A DNA stretch of 64,000 nucleotides from Octopus vulgaris (GCA_951406725.2 OX597819.1:64604001-64668000), one strand, 5' to 3'; positions 39,780 to 53,829 are shown, counted from the stretch's first letter. Notes: generated by a model not told the origin, from the letters alone. Translations and numbers: made by a program.

Positions 39780-40840
39780 TTAAGGCAAGTCATACGGCCT
39801 TCACGTTCGCGTGCTAAAAGGTGGTATTCTAGTTTCCTAACCTACGTTTGACATTTATTGTCCCAGGTTTCTGTTTTGTGTTGGAAACTAAACGTGGTCA
39901 TTCCGCTGGATGTGTGCACCAAGGAAGTAAAGACGTCACTGATCACATCTCTCAGGGCTGAAATTCATAACAGGCTTTCTATGCAATACAGAGACATCGC
40001 TCTACCATGTAGATGAACGAAGAGGGAGTGGGACGCCCTTCAACTTCCACCAACGTAAGGAAGATACACCAAACTCGAGAGATGCTCCTCTCAAAACAAT
40101 TGGTCATCGTTCAGGTGGTATATTCTTTGGAAATGAGTAATGGTTCTGCTATAGGAAATCATGCACAGCAAGTTTCGCTTTCGTGAAGTCTGTATGAGAT
40201 GTATGCCAAAAGAATTTCTCGAAGCATATAAGTACCATCACGTACTATGGTAATGCATGCAATTGCCAGCAAAAATATATTCAAAACTCAAACTTCCATA
40301 GAAAAAGTGATGATAACAGATCTGGGAAGTGCAAAAGAACCAATATCTTACACTAGTTGGAAAAAGGTCTCCCGTTGACAAGTGAACACTACAATGAAAT
40401 GCAGAGCAAAAACCCGAACCAACAATTCGTACCAAATGCCGATCTCTATTATCAAATGAACTGTTAGTGCTGCACAAGAACGCACGACAACAGAAGGCTG
40501 CCAGCATTCTTGAAGCCATTGAAATATCGAGATTATGGTTGCTAGACTACCCTGTATACAGCCCAGACCTCACTCCCTACTACTATCATCTGTTTGGATC
40601 ACTCAAATGTATACGAACTGGTGGATTTGCTACGGATGAAGAAGTGCAGGATGCAGTACATAATTCGCTGCCCGATCAACCGAGAACCTTCTGTGTCGAT
40701 GGAATTCGCACTGCTTTGGGCCGCCGCTGACAGAAGCGCCACGAAGTGCATAGAAAAGGGATCTAATTATTGATATCCTGCTTTTATTTTAATACATTAG
40801 AGGGGCAAGAATGCGTATAAGTTTTGATTTACTCTCTTAT
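39780..40840 (+). mobile_element. Decayed mariner transposon
   Basis: ORF 40467-40730 contains LHKNARQQ and YPVYSPDLTPYYYHLFGSLK. Confidence 0.8.
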
Positions 40841-40844
40841 GTTA

Positions 40845-42008
40845 TTATGTTGTTCTGAAAATAATTGCCGATTTCAGAAACATAATTTTATTCGAAAAAA
40901 ATTAACAATAGAAATGTTTTGATTAGTCGAATTATCAGCCATGAACATCTATGCATCATTGCCATTGATCAACGAGATTAGTTATGCCACGTTGATGAAA
41001 ACTTATTGTCTTTCATGCTAAGGAATCTTTGAAAGCTGATTCTCCCTCAGGTTTGGACCTGAAATTTTATCACTTAAAGACGTGTTTAAATGCTTACAAA
41101 AATGGTGCTCAGTGGGTGACAGATCAAGAGAAGGAGGATGGAGAGATCAGATGGAGGATGTGGTAATGTCTCGTATCCCAATCTGTGACTTTCTGCAGCG
41201 TCATTCTTGCAGCATGTGACTTTGCATTATAGTGGATCAGATTTGGGCCACACCGATTCACCAATGCAGATCTCATTGTTTGTTAAGTGAGCATGCATTT
41301 CAGCGAGTTGATTGCAGTAAACCTCTGCTATAATGTTCTGATTGCCTTCCAGAAAGCCGTAATGGAGAACACAAATTGCCAGTTGCAGAGCACCAGATAG
41401 TCGGCATAATCTTTTGATGATGCAACTTTGTCTTTGGGAAATGTTTGGGTTACTCACCATTATCAAGCCATCGACATGATCGTTTACGGTTATCATAAAG
41501 GATCCAGTTTTCCTTGAGCTCATGCGGTACCCATTTATCGAGCTTTTTCACCTTACTAATTTTCTGAAGATTGTATGAGACTGTTGTAATACAGGCACAA
41601 AGTGCCTGAGACATGTCTCTGGCAATTTGACGTGGGTTTTCTTCAACAATTGCTTTTATGACCGTCCTCTGCCTTCTTCATCTTCAAGGCTCTCTTCAAC
41701 ACTATGGAAATTCTGAAACCACCTTCGTACTGTGCGATCACTTGCATCTACGCTCCCCTTGCTCTGTTGATATTGGCAGCAGTTTGGGAGGAATTGTGCC
41801 CAAGCTTGAACTCATGCAAGAAAAGTAAGCGGAGGTCATTTTTGTCATATTCATAATAAAAGGCGCATATGCTTCAATAATGTTTTGTCTCTGAAATAAG
41901 TAGAAAATTATTAAAGGGCATAGATGAATTAAGTATGTCGAAATTCACGAAATTTGCGTTCCAAAGCACAACACTTAGAGCGGCCATTATTTTCGACACA
42001 ACCTACTA
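40845..42008 (-). mobile_element. Decayed mariner transposon with residual TIRs, tail-to-tail with the previous one
   Basis: TATGTTGTTCTGAAAATAATTGCCG ... CGGCCATTATTTTCGACACAACCTA. ORF 41227-41523 contains VLHYGFL...IIAEVYCNQL. Confidence 0.78.
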
Positions 42009-42431
42009 TTAATGGATATGTCTTATTTCGACTTGCATTCCGGTCACTTTAGAAGTTGTTACTAGAATTTCGGAAAATTTCAATTACGCTTTAGAAAAAT
42101 TTGCCATTCCCTTAACTGTCGATAAATAATTATGTCATATTTTTCTTTTATCAGAGTTGGTGTTGTACGGATGGTAAAAGGTATCCCTTTGGAACATTGA
42201 GGTTCCCAGTTGAAGACCTATGCGAGCAATCTTATGCAAGTGTTCTTGCTGAAGATTACATTGATTCTAACTGTTTGAATGAAGTTAGAGGGACAGAGAC
42301 TTTGTGAAAGTTCATAAAATTTATCGTGTGTCTGCCTGGTATTTAATAGAATTTACTCGTGCCTCATGTGTATTGGGCCAGAATGGACATGGTTGGAACT
42401 CGATAGATATCCGTTTATATTATTTATTCTG

Positions 42432-42645
42432 AAAGGCGGCGAGTTGGTAGAAAAGTTAGCATGCCGGGCGAAATACTTAGCAGTGTTTCGTCTGTCTACG
42501 TTCTGAGTTACAAATTCCCAGAGGTCAACTTTGCATTTAATCATTTCGGGTCCGATAAATTAAGTACCAGTTGCATACTGGGTTTGATCTAATCGAATGG
42601 CCCCTCCCGAAAAGTTTCGGGCCGTGTGCCTAGTGTAGAAAATTA
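42432..42645 (+). mobile_element. SINE, third family, near full length
   Basis: AAGGCGGCGAGTTGGTAGAA...GAGTTACAAATTCC (B-box-like)...GATAAATTAAGTACCAG...GTGCCTAGTGTAGAAA. Confidence 0.8.
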
Positions 42646-43409
42646 TTTTATATATTTTTAATTTCGTAATTATTGCTTCCATTTCAAATATATTCGATAT
42701 TCAATACAATATTTTTATACATTCAATAAAAATTAATTGTTAAATATTTTCGCAAAGTCAGCGTTCGAGCGGGTTAATCGATCACATCGTCCCCCGGTAC
42801 TTGATTAGTACGTTATTGTGACTGGCACACATCAAAGGCAGAGTTGATATCCGTGTGGTTTGAGTGCAGCACGTAGCACAATGAGGTAAAGGAAATACCG
42901 CGAAACAGTTTTTCGACGTGCTACCAAATTTGTCAGTTCACGAACTTCCTCTTCAATAAAAATAAGATATATTAAATCAATAAACTGAAATCATAAATAA
43001 CATTTTCTTTCTATGATTCTTTTGAACATAACAGAGATCGTCTCAAAAATGGCTTGTTATATTAAGATGATTTAAAACTATCTGTTAATGCTTTCTACAT
43101 CAATGCTGAATTATCATATATTTGCCATTGATCTTTCATATTACTACTTGAAGATTCTTGTATCACGTGGTCTTACTAAACGTACACGTGATTCTACCGT
43201 CATATATGCATAGAAAACTTTATTGATTGTGATTTGTTATTATGTGTAAAAAACTGGAAGACATGTCATCAGTGCTCAAATATATTATCAAAAAGGCTTT
43301 GAAGTGAATTTGACAGAACTTTCAAGTATCCCGTCTTAACACACATATAAATACCTATAGTAAGTTTCGCTGTTGTTTCTGTAATTTAGTTAATTTCAAT
43401 TCCACACGT

Positions 43410-44213
43410 ATTCTTTTCTACTCTAGACACAAGGTCCAAAATTTTCGAGGAGGTGGAAGTCTAGTCCATTAGATGGACACTAGTACGAAATTGGTACTTA
43501 ATTTATCGACCCCGAAAGGATGAAAGGCAAAGTCGACCTCGGCGGAAAATGAACTCAGAATGCAACGACAGATGAAATACCTATTTCTTTACTACCCACA
43601 AAAGGCTAAACACAGAGAAGACAAACAAGGAAAGACAAACGGATTAAGTCGATTATATCGATCCAGTGCGTAACTGGTACTTATTTAATCGACCCCGAAA
43701 GGATGAAGGGCAAAGTCGACCTCGGCGGAATTTGAACTCAGAATGTAACGACAGACGAAATACCGCTAAGCATTTCACCCGGCGTGCTAACGTTTCTTTT
43801 CTACTGTAGGCACAAGGCCCGAAATTTTAGGGGAGGGGACTAGTCGATTACATCAACCCCAGTACGCAACTGTTTCTTAATTTATCGATCCCGAAAGGAT
43901 GAAACGTAATGTCGACCTCGGCGGAAATCGCATTCAGAATATAACGACAGACAAAATACCGCTAAGTATTTCTCCCGGCCTGCTAAAGTTATTTCTTTTT
44001 TGACTACAAGGGGATAAACTTAGATGGGTCAAAGAAGGACAGACAAAAAGATTAAGTCGATTACATCGACTCCAGTGCATAACTGCAACTTAATTAATCG
44101 ACCCCGAAAGGATGAAAGTGGGGCTCGGCGGAATTTGAACTCAGAAAGTAACGGAAGACGAAATACCGCTAAATTCTTCATCCGGCGTGCTAACGTTTCT
44201 GCCAGCTTGCCGT
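43410..44213 (-). mobile_element. Head-to-tail tetramer of the third SINE family with alternating 3' ends
   Basis: ATCGACCCCGAAAGGATGAAAG-like core at about 43505, 43688, 43884 and 44097. Confidence 0.85.
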
Positions 44214-45650
44214 TTTCATTTCCACATGTATTGTACAAGAAATTCATAATTACCTAGATTCCTTTGCGTGCATCCCGTTATTGTAGGGATGGTGCGGACC
44301 TTTACATATAATAAAATTTTTATTTGAATAGGCTTTGCATATTTGTTTCAGTAATGACGATAATCTTGAAACTTTTCTGTTGGCCAATATATTTGCATAA
44401 ACAGTTTTATAAGCTTAAAGTAAGTTTATTTGACGTTTTGATGCCCAGTGGAATCTTATATAAGAAAATTGATAGAAGATAATTAATTACATTTGGCATA
44501 AGAAACTGAGAATCACTTAAATAATCTCGATGATAATTTTTCTGGAAATTTAAAACCTCGTGATAATTAACTGAACTGATAATTGCAAATACGATAAATT
44601 TCTTTAATGCGGTTGGACGATCAATATGAATGAATATATGATACATTCTTGTTTAAAGTAATTTAACGAAATAAGAAAACTTCTGCGTCTACTTTCAATG
44701 AGAAGTCAAAACTGCCTTGTAGTGGCTGAATGTGCCGGAACATATTGACCGAGATCTTTTGCTAAAGGAAACGCATCGTAAATGTTGCTATACCATTGGG
44801 TGTATAGGCCACGTTGATCTCTTTCATATATGTAGAGCAAAAATTTTGTATTAGTGAGAAATCTAATCATTAATCCTTTGCCATGTACATTGATGATTAA
44901 TTGTGAATGATGGTTGTCGTTGACAAATCTCAGCTAAAAGAGCCTGGCATTAAAAGTGTCGCCATTTCCTAATATATTCTCTGCCAAGCGAGGAATTCTA
45001 TTCAGTAGATGATAATTCAATTCAGGAAAGAAATGTGGAAAAGAAAAGTGAATTGTTTCTAAACTTTGCTCTAAGAGCTGAAACTCTGGTTTTACAAGTG
45101 ATACTTTCATTATATTCTTGTACTGATCAACATAGTCACTACTTAGTAGAGTTTAATCATAGGAATTACATATACGTATTTTTTTCTCTAACAGAACAGT
45201 AGGTTAATAACTAAAAAGACGTACGAATTTCTGTATATGTCTTTTAACTTTACGATATATAGCGTATCCATCGTGTAATTGTTTTCTCCTCATGGTGCAG
45301 AAAAATATTCCTATATTGTAGCGTGTGCAATAATTTTCTACTTCTAAAAGTTCACAACAATCTTCTAGTTATTAGCCATTTAAATTCAATAAAATTCTCA
45401 ACACACAATTACCTTTGTGAAAGATCAAAACGATGTCTCGGCAAAGAATTACGTTGATATTATTTCCAATAATGCGACTATGTGTAGCATATTCACAATC
45501 GCATTTTCCGTTTGTCAAAGCAAATTGTTACCTAAACTCGAATAAATATCCATCAAAATAAAATGCTGTGGATTTCTTAATAGAAGTGCAGAGCACGATT
45601 TCATTGTATGCTGCTTTGAAGATAGTATTGTGTAGTAATAATATATTACA

Positions 45651-46520
45651 TGGAAAAATGCGAGCAAGAGAAGGAATATTCATAAGATTATAAACGTGGA
45701 AAAGTAAAGAAGTTATTTCACTTGGAAACGTTCGGGACAAGTTATTACATCTGGTAAATTACAGAACAAGAAAATTTTTACATAAAATATTGCAGCTAAG
45801 GATAAAATTTCAAATAAATTATTTAGATTTAGAGAACATTAGCTTTTATCAAAACTAAAAATGTTATTACAAGTTATTACTTCTATTTTTATTAGTTGTT
45901 ACTTCTATTAGAAATAAAAATAACTCAATTAAAATATATTTTGTACTTTAAAATTCATTTGGTTTAGTTATTAATTGCTAAATAGAAATTTGGAAATAGA
46001 TTATAAAAAGAAATTGTACTACATAATTAATTACTAAAATAAATAGAATACAAGAATTAATTATATATTACAGTAAAATCTACCTAGAACAACCAATTCA
46101 CAGCAAAATTTCCTTGAGTTATTGCCTAAGTTATTGCCAATGCTTCACATTTTTAGTCTTGACCCAATGCCTATGTTTTTAAGTAAAGAATTTACCAACC
46201 ATATATACTGTTCTACTTTGCATAAAACTTAAGTTGGTATATCTGGTTCTCATTTTTTAATTATTCGTTTGAGTCAGTATTTTAACGAAATGATGGTACA
46301 TTTTTTTAATTATAATGTCACTTTCTAAATGAAAATCAAATAATTTTGAACATTCAAATCTTATCCTTAGCTGCAATATTTTATGTAAAAGTTTTTTGGA
46401 TCTGTACATTACCAGATGTAATAAATTGTCCTCAGCTTTTCCAAGTGTAATAGCTTGCCCTGTGCTTTTCCAGGTTTATAATCTTAAGAATATTATTTCA
46501 CTTGCTCGCATTTTTCCAGG
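45651..46520. repeat. Old long inverted repeat (foldback/MITE-like), arms at least 180 bp
   Basis: TGGAAAAATGCGAGCAAG...TTACATAAAATATTGCAGCTAAGGATAA (45651-45830) is the reverse complement of 46335-46520, with mismatches. Confidence 0.8.
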
Positions 46521-46631
46521 CTGTGCTATTATGCTAATTGATAATGTGTCAATAAATAATTTAAGATTTTAGCTTATAGAAAATCGAATAATAAACTTAA
46601 TAAATTTCCCGTATATAATTTTTTCATTTTA

Positions 46632-47072
46632 TGATATAATTTCATTAATACAGATGACGTAATTAAACTAATTGCAAATTATCGGTGGTGTTGATAATTG
46701 AAAATTACCACAATGATGTCGGTGGCATAGATTAGAGTCCCCATATATAACTATATTCATAAAAAGTACAGAATTGTATCGTCACCTTCAAATTTGAAAA
46801 AGAAACACTCATAACATTTTTCGTTTAAAACTTCTTCTCAGATATTACGGGACTGTGTTTGCTTGATATAATTGCATTAATCCATTCAGATGATGTAATT
46901 AAACGAATTGTAAATTAGCGGGGTTGTTGATAAGTTTTTCCTTACTTCAATGATGCCGGTGACCTATGTTAAATGTCCCCTTATAGAACTATATTCAAAC
47001 AAAGTATACAACTACATTACCACCCTCAAATTTGAGAAACAAACACTCTTAACTTTTTTCGTTTAAAACTTC
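46632..47072 (+). repeat. Diverged tandem duplication, period about 232 bp
   Basis: TGATATAATT.CATTAAT...TTTTTCGTTTAAAACTTC at 46632-46834 and 46864-47072. Confidence 0.85.
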
Positions 47073-48736
47073 ATTACGTGAGATTGATACCATGAAATAC
47101 TTCGAATTGAGCTCTTTCATTTAGGCTTAAATAAATATAGTTTGTTTTTTAAAATAAAGAAGATAATTTTACTCAAATGCAATTTGTTATTTTACTTTTA
47201 TATATTTTCATATTTAACCGCCTAATTTTTTAATACAGAATTTTGTTGCATGGGACCAATACTATGGCATTCCCCGTGTGTTCTTTTATCATTGAAGCTA
47301 AGATAAGCATATTTTGAATTTAAAATAAAAAAAAAAGTTATTTAGATCTAAGTTTGATTGGTGACGTTACAATCTACTATTACGTTACTACATATTTTGA
47401 TGTAAACTTTTTTCTACGTGACCAAATCTCAAATAGTTATGCCAAAATGTAGTTAGGGACCAGTCCTTTTCAAAAGTGTTAACAGTTTTCCATTTGGAAC
47501 TGAATTAGAGGCAGAGCTCTGAAGATGCTGCCTATGAGAAAATTGTGACCTTAAGAGTAATATTCAACTATTACTGTAGTTGAATGATTCAGTGTTTGTG
47601 AGCAGACCTCTCAATATCAAGGTAGAGCGCGATTTGATGATATGCTGCTTTGAAGATGGTGTTACATATCAATATTATATTCGGTGTTTGTGAGCAGATA
47701 CACATCTAGAAAGCAGTAGCGATTTATGAATTGTGTAGTCGATAACAAGTCGTTATTTACCATTGTTTCTTGCTATTTCTTCTGTTAATGATAAAAAAAA
47801 ACTGTACTTCAATTAGAGAAAGCAATGAGATGTAGCATCACATCTCATTGATTCAAATTATTCTGAATGTAGAGAAAAATACGCGCAGATGTAGGAAAGG
47901 TAAGAAATTAAATTATATATAACATTTTCTTGTGAAAAATATCAAAGTCATGACAATTTTTTTCCTGTACCATTAGTGTGGCCTTGATGAGCATCCATAA
48001 ACAAGTTTGTTTATGGAGTGATTGTTTCGTGATCGCTTATTGCTACCGGAGTAGTAAATATTTCGCTATGGTTTCATATAAGACAGACATAATGTCGCAA
48101 GTAAACTCATTTTCTTCAACGAAAATGAGTTAGAAAAAGAGTTAGATGTTTGATGTTTCTATATTGGACCCAAAGCTTAAATGAAACTCCAACATTCAGC
48201 TTCCGATTGAGATGAACATTAAAACATGTAATTAACTGTCTTTGGAGAAATTGCCTAGGCATCCGTTATTAGATTATTGGAAGTATTTGATATCTGCATT
48301 TGACATTTGTATGGGTCTCTACCGTTTGATAAAGATGTGATTAAAGGAAAATTTTTAGTATTATAGTCGCAGCAATCTCTGATATGTCTGTATGTTAAAG
48401 GTAAGATAGCCTTGTAAGCAGGGCGAGTGTATTTTCTTTTCGATATGACACAACATGTTCAAGGAGAAACTTTACTAATGTAGCTTTCATGTGGCAACTC
48501 TGGACTTTTATCGAATAAATTGATGTACAGTTCATTGTACTTCTTGAAATTTGTTTCTTCCAGTTGAATTTCTCTTACTTGCAGTATACATGCTGCTAGA
48601 TATTTCCCAGTCACTGCAGCGTATCTGCTTGCTGGAACTAGTTGACATATTAATAATGATATTATCCACAACTTCACACATAAATGGGGAAGAAAAATAA
48701 AAATTTAGGTAACAATAAGTTCAAAAATTCACAAAT

Positions 48737-49166
48737 ACAACAATTAGGTGCGGCAGACCTTCAATAAATCAAACAACAACAAGACTTACAGGAAGCCAAC
48801 ACACATCAAATCCAATGGGGAAACAAATTACTCTACTACAACACCAACCTCCTCTCAGCGATTAGTCGGAGATGATTTTTAAAATGAGAATATCTGAAAA
48901 AACTTCCACTGCTCTCACAAGCGAGAATACTAAAAATTAACCCGACCGCTTTCAAAAATTAAGTAAAAACAAAACAGAAACCAAAAATAATCCAGAATCC
49001 TTGTCTGGTACTGGATACATCCCAAAATCTAATCAGTTCGTGCCAGTCACGGGGCTAAACTTGACTGATAGTTTCTTTCGAATTCATCCAGCGGTTCTTG
49101 AGATATCTTGTCCATGGACAAACACGACTGAAAACAATACCTCCGCCTTCGCTAAAGTGGAGGTAA
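48737..49166 (+). mobile_element. Small non-autonomous element with 3' terminal hairpin (Helentron/HINE-like)
   Basis: Ends ...AAAACAAT-ACCTCCGC CTTCGCTAAA GTGGAGGT-AAT. No ORF. Confidence 0.4.
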
Positions 49167-49344
49167 TAATAACGATGATGATGATGATGATGAGGATGAT
49201 GATGATGAGGATGATGATGATGATGATGAGGAGGAGGAGGAGGAGGATGAGGATGAGGATGATGATGATGATCTGGCGAGACTTGGAGTCAACTTGTACA
49301 AATACAATGAATAAGTAAAACATGCAATAATAGTAATATATAGA

Positions 49345-49770
49345 TGCAGGTATGACTCGACTGTGTGGTAAGAAGCTTGCTTCCCAACCACATAGTTCCG
49401 GGTTCAGTCCAAGTACTTAGGATCTTGAGCAACTGTTGTCTACTATAACCTTGGACCGACCAAAGCACAGGGAGTGGATTTGGTTGATGGAAACTAAAAG
49501 AGGAGCATCGGATATCTATATATACGTATGTGTGTGCTTGTGTCTTTATATATGCGTGTCTGTCTTTGACTCGTCACCAACGGTTGACAATCGATGCCCC
49601 TGTGTGTATGTTCCCGTAGCATAGCGGTTGCTCAATAGAAACCGATGGAATAATTAGTAGGCTTAAAAAGAATAAGTCTTGTGGTGCATTTCTTCGACCA
49701 AAAACATTTAAGGGCAGCGCTCTAGTATGGCCATAGTGAAATGACTGAAAAAAACAAGTAAAAGAATAAA
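49345..49770 (+). mobile_element. SINE, second family, decayed
   Basis: CTGTGTGGTAAGAAGCTTGCTTCCCAACCAC...GGGTTCAGTCC...AAACAAGTAAAAGAATAAA. Confidence 0.8.
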
Positions 49771-49842
49771 TAAATATGTATGTATGTGTATGTATGTATG
49801 TATGTATGTATCTATCTATCTATCTATCTATCTATATGTATG

Positions 49843-49901
<59 letters not shown>

Positions 49902-51449
49902 GAGAGAAATATAGAGTAAAGGAGGGGCATAAAGAGAAAGAAATGAGCAAAATGTGGTAAGGCAAATCCACAAGGGGTATCGTAAGTGTGATAGTGATAT
50001 ATATAATATTCGTTCATTTACATATAAAATGCACTCCCTTCTGCGGTATCCTAAAGACTTTATACCAAAGTTGCAATATGACATTTATTATTCTGGCTAA
50101 AAAGGAATCAATCTTGGTGTAAGCAATATTTAATATTTCCATTATGTTGATAGAAACCCTGAAGTATTATTATGTCTGGCATTTGAAAATGAAGAATGGA
50201 AGGAAAATTGCTACAGCGACAGAATCACAGACGTTGAAAATATTGAATTCCGAAGTGTTGTTTTGAAATGAAAATGCAAAATATAAAATGCTTGACAACG
50301 GTTCATGAATTATGCATTTTGTAATAAAATTTGCATTTTCATAACAAATACTCAACAGTTATATATATTCCTTCCCAAATAAGAGTAGTGCCAAATTTTA
50401 CTACACCAGATTCTAAAATGTAGATGCTCCTCTTATCTCAATATTTGGATACTACGATTAGTGTTCATTCACGATAGCAATTCATGGCGAACCCATTTTT
50501 ACTTTAGTGTTCTGTGAGTTACATTAAATTTGAAGAGAGGCAAAATAAAAGAAATTGAAGAACAAGAGCTAGTCCTGATTAAAGGAGTACTACAAATATT
50601 CTATTAAGCCTAGGAATAAAAATAGTTACCAAAAGCATTTCGCGACACATTAAAGAATACTGCTCGTTTCATAAAGCGGAAGTTGTATAAGGTGGAATTA
50701 ATATGACGCGTGATTGGAAGTTAAAAGGAAATGAACTAGTTTGAGAGATTGAACACTCCTTCCCTTAGGGGGATAAGGTAAGGCCTCAGAAGAGTTATAC
50801 TGTTCGTAGAAATATATTTATGCATTACTGGTCACAAAATTTGGAAAAATAGTCAGCAATTTTGACGAGTGGGTGCAAGTCGATTACAACTGGTAGTTTT
50901 TTTGTAGCGAATCTGAAAGTATGATAGTGAAAGCTGACCGTTGATGAATTTCAAATCATAGCGTGAAATGTTAAGCGAAATGGCAGACTGCATTGTACCC
51001 CAAATTAAGGCTCACTGCTTTAATATTTATAAATACCCCAAATAGAAAAGAACTGAATACGCTCTATAGCAGAATTGCAAGGATAATATACAAGAAATGC
51101 CATGTGAAGCACAAAAAATATACTTTTCTTTTCTTTTCTAAATACGTGAGAATATATGATAAACAGAAATAAATCAAATATTATACTTTATATGCAGCTG
51201 ATTCCTTATTCATTCAGTGATTTCTCATCCCTCTCTCACTCTCTCTGTATCTTCCTCTCTCTCTCTGTCTCTCACTCTCTATCTCACTGTTTCTATTTCT
51301 CTCTCTCTCTATCTCTCTCTGTACACACATTCACACGCACACACATATATGTTCATTTAACCATAGTTCTAGCAATTTTGTTATTACTTAGTACCCTCTC
51401 TCACTTTAGTGACATGTATCTAATTATCGATTTGTTTATCTATCGATCT

Positions 51450-51625
51450 ATCAATTTTATTTTCTCTCTCTGTTTACTTCTGCGTTCCTTTCGGTTTAAG
51501 AGCGTAGGCTCGAAACGTAAAAGACTTTCTGACTTCCCGAGCGTTAAAGTAATACATCTGTTTGCTGTTTACATACCGTCTTCGTCTTTTGCTTTGTTTG
51601 TTTGTTTTTGTAAATTTCAACTGTA
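51450..51625 (+). mobile_element. Short Penelope-like 3' terminal fragment with decayed minimal hammerhead
   Basis: AAGAGCGTAGGCTCGAAACGTAAAAGAC, identical to 54936-54963, ending in TATATA. Confidence 0.65.
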
Positions 51626-51631
51626 TATATA

Positions 51632-51693
<62 letters not shown>

Positions 51694-51989
51694 TGGTACA
51701 ATATTTACCGATATCGATAATTTATCTCGTTGAGTAAAAAGTAAGCAACGTTTTGAAACATGAAGAACTTGTACCGGATATTTGCAGTGTTTTGAATATT
51801 TTAAAGCATTTTCCTTTTGCAGTTGCGTGATAATACAGACTGAGACTTGCCCAAATGCATCGATTAACATTGATATATTTTTTCACCTTTGTTACAATAA
51901 TCTGGAATTGAAGGGCTATTATTTCGGCTGCTAAATTGGGTACCTGTTTTATATTCTTGTGTTAAGTTTTCTCTTTTGGGATTGACTTT

Positions 51990-53820
51990 TTTATTGATAT
52001 GTTTTGTCGTGAGAATTTTGCTCTTTCTGCTTTAAGGCAGGTTTGGTGTTACTGTTTCCCTTTATTCAAAGAGAGCAGCGCAGTTTGAAAATAAATGCAA
52101 TGAATTGTGAGAACGTAGGCCCCTGAGAATTTACTTCTTCGGAGGAAGAGATGAAAAGAGCCTTCGGCGATGCAGACGTGGGGATAGATCTCGCGACGGT
52201 GGCCAGGAGCCACCAAAAATTGATTAAATTGGAGGAAATTGGTTGATATAAAAAATACAAAGACGGGACGGACAGAAAGTGAAGGTTTCCCCTCTCTAAG
52301 AAGTAATACAGGGGGGAAAAGAGAATGGGATTTTTCATAGAGGATATTCGGTGAAAAAACCCCAGAAAAGTCGGGATGATGACGGTTGCATAGATTGAAA
52401 AAACTTTAAAACAAATATGGAGAGGGATGTGTACCTCAATAGATATCGAAAGTTTAGAACTGTCGTGGTGCGATTCCGAGATGCAGCAAACGCCAAGCCT
52501 CATTCGGCAACCCCTTTAAAAGTTGAAGTGGTAGTGCTTCTACCCATATACCTTGGATGACATGCTTCCAGGATAAGAGTAGAAGACATACACCCCAGAA
52601 ATGGACGTAGCCTAGCTGGTGGATGTTATACTTCTGGACATGGAAGGGAAGGTGATGGGTCTCCATACCATTTGTACTGCCCAGAAGATATGGTAGGAAC
52701 AAGGTCTCGATATGATGATTCAGGCCAACCCGGAGGACATAGAAAAAATAAGAGTCCATAACGGTTGAAGACAAGATACTAAGGGTTATAGTGGAGGGTA
52801 GGATCCGTCGGTGCTACAAATGTGGCCAACGGGGGCATATTATGGTAGACTGTCCTCCACCACCCGCAGAAATACAAGCCAATTCCGTGAGCAGGAAGGA
52901 AGCTGCACCCTGAAAGGGAGAGCGGAGATCACAGGAATGTTTATAGCTTCTGTGATTACCTACCGCCTCACCTTCATGCCTTGCCCAAGTTTGTGGCTGA
53001 TCAAGTTTTTTGTGGAGGGGTAGATGTTCTGTCTGCTGCCAACATCCACCAAAGGTTGGTCTAGGGATACCTTAACTGTTGATGCGCACACATGCGCTGA
53101 CGCTGAGGCATCTGTAGCTTATCTGGATAGTGAACAGGTGTGATCTCTGTTCGTTCGATCCTTAACCTTGCAGTGTTACCGAGGAGCTTAACCAATTCGC
53201 AATAAACTCGAGAGGCATGGTGCCCCTTACGCGCTCACGTGTCCAAGATGCAAGCAGGACGTGGAAACCGTTCTGCACGCAGTTGTGCAATGCTCCAAAA
53301 TCTCTGCGATCTGGGTATACATTGAAAACTGTCTTCCGACTCGATTGAAAATTGTGTTCCTCCTGCCTCATTTAACAAAGAAGGCAAGGCTTGTTTTCTC
53401 ACTCTAATGAAAGAAGCGGTATGGAAGACCCGCGTAAAAGGAATTGTGAGAGGTACATTCATCTCCAACCTTGTGCTTGCCCATTACCTCATCCACCACC
53501 TTAAGAGGAAAATAAGGGTGGAAAGAAAATGCCTATCACCTGATGTATATGGAAACAGATGGAAGGCTGTGGCGAGATTTTTGCGAATGAATGAACCCAC
53601 ATAGTGTATCCAAAAAGTTACAAGAAAGGTTAGAGTGGTGACATGGGACTTGTGGTGTCGAAGCAGACCCCAACTCCACTTAATTTTTTATGTATTGGTT
53701 TTGCTTATCATTTGTTTATCATTCGATCTATAAAAAATGTTAACTTATCACTTCTGTGTAAAACCATACGCCCCATCGACCCCTCCCTCATTTGTACCGT
53801 CCCCCGGTGGAAATAATGAA
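51990..53820 (+). mobile_element. Internally deleted L1/Tx1-like LINE
   Basis: ORF1-type knuckle CYKCGQRGHIMVDC (about 52812-52856) is joined directly to post-RT LKGRAE...FIASVITYRL. C-terminal CPRCKQDVETVLHAVVQC knuckle. Confidence 0.7.
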
Positions 53821-53829
53821 ATCCTTGGT

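Noticed and set aside
47824-47850. 11-bp hairpin CAATGAGATGT/ACATCTCATTG and nearby VALDE-like hAT hint
   Set aside because: Too short for a pre-miRNA; the transposase similarity is too weak.
48459-48677. 72-aa ORF with signal-peptide-like start and an internal CAA|GTAAGA donor
   Set aside because: Starts at GTG, has no recognisable homology and no supporting exons.
50769-50777. 9-nt microexon-like CCCTTAG|GGGGATAAG|GTAAGG
   Set aside because: Short pyrimidine tract and no other support; likely chance.
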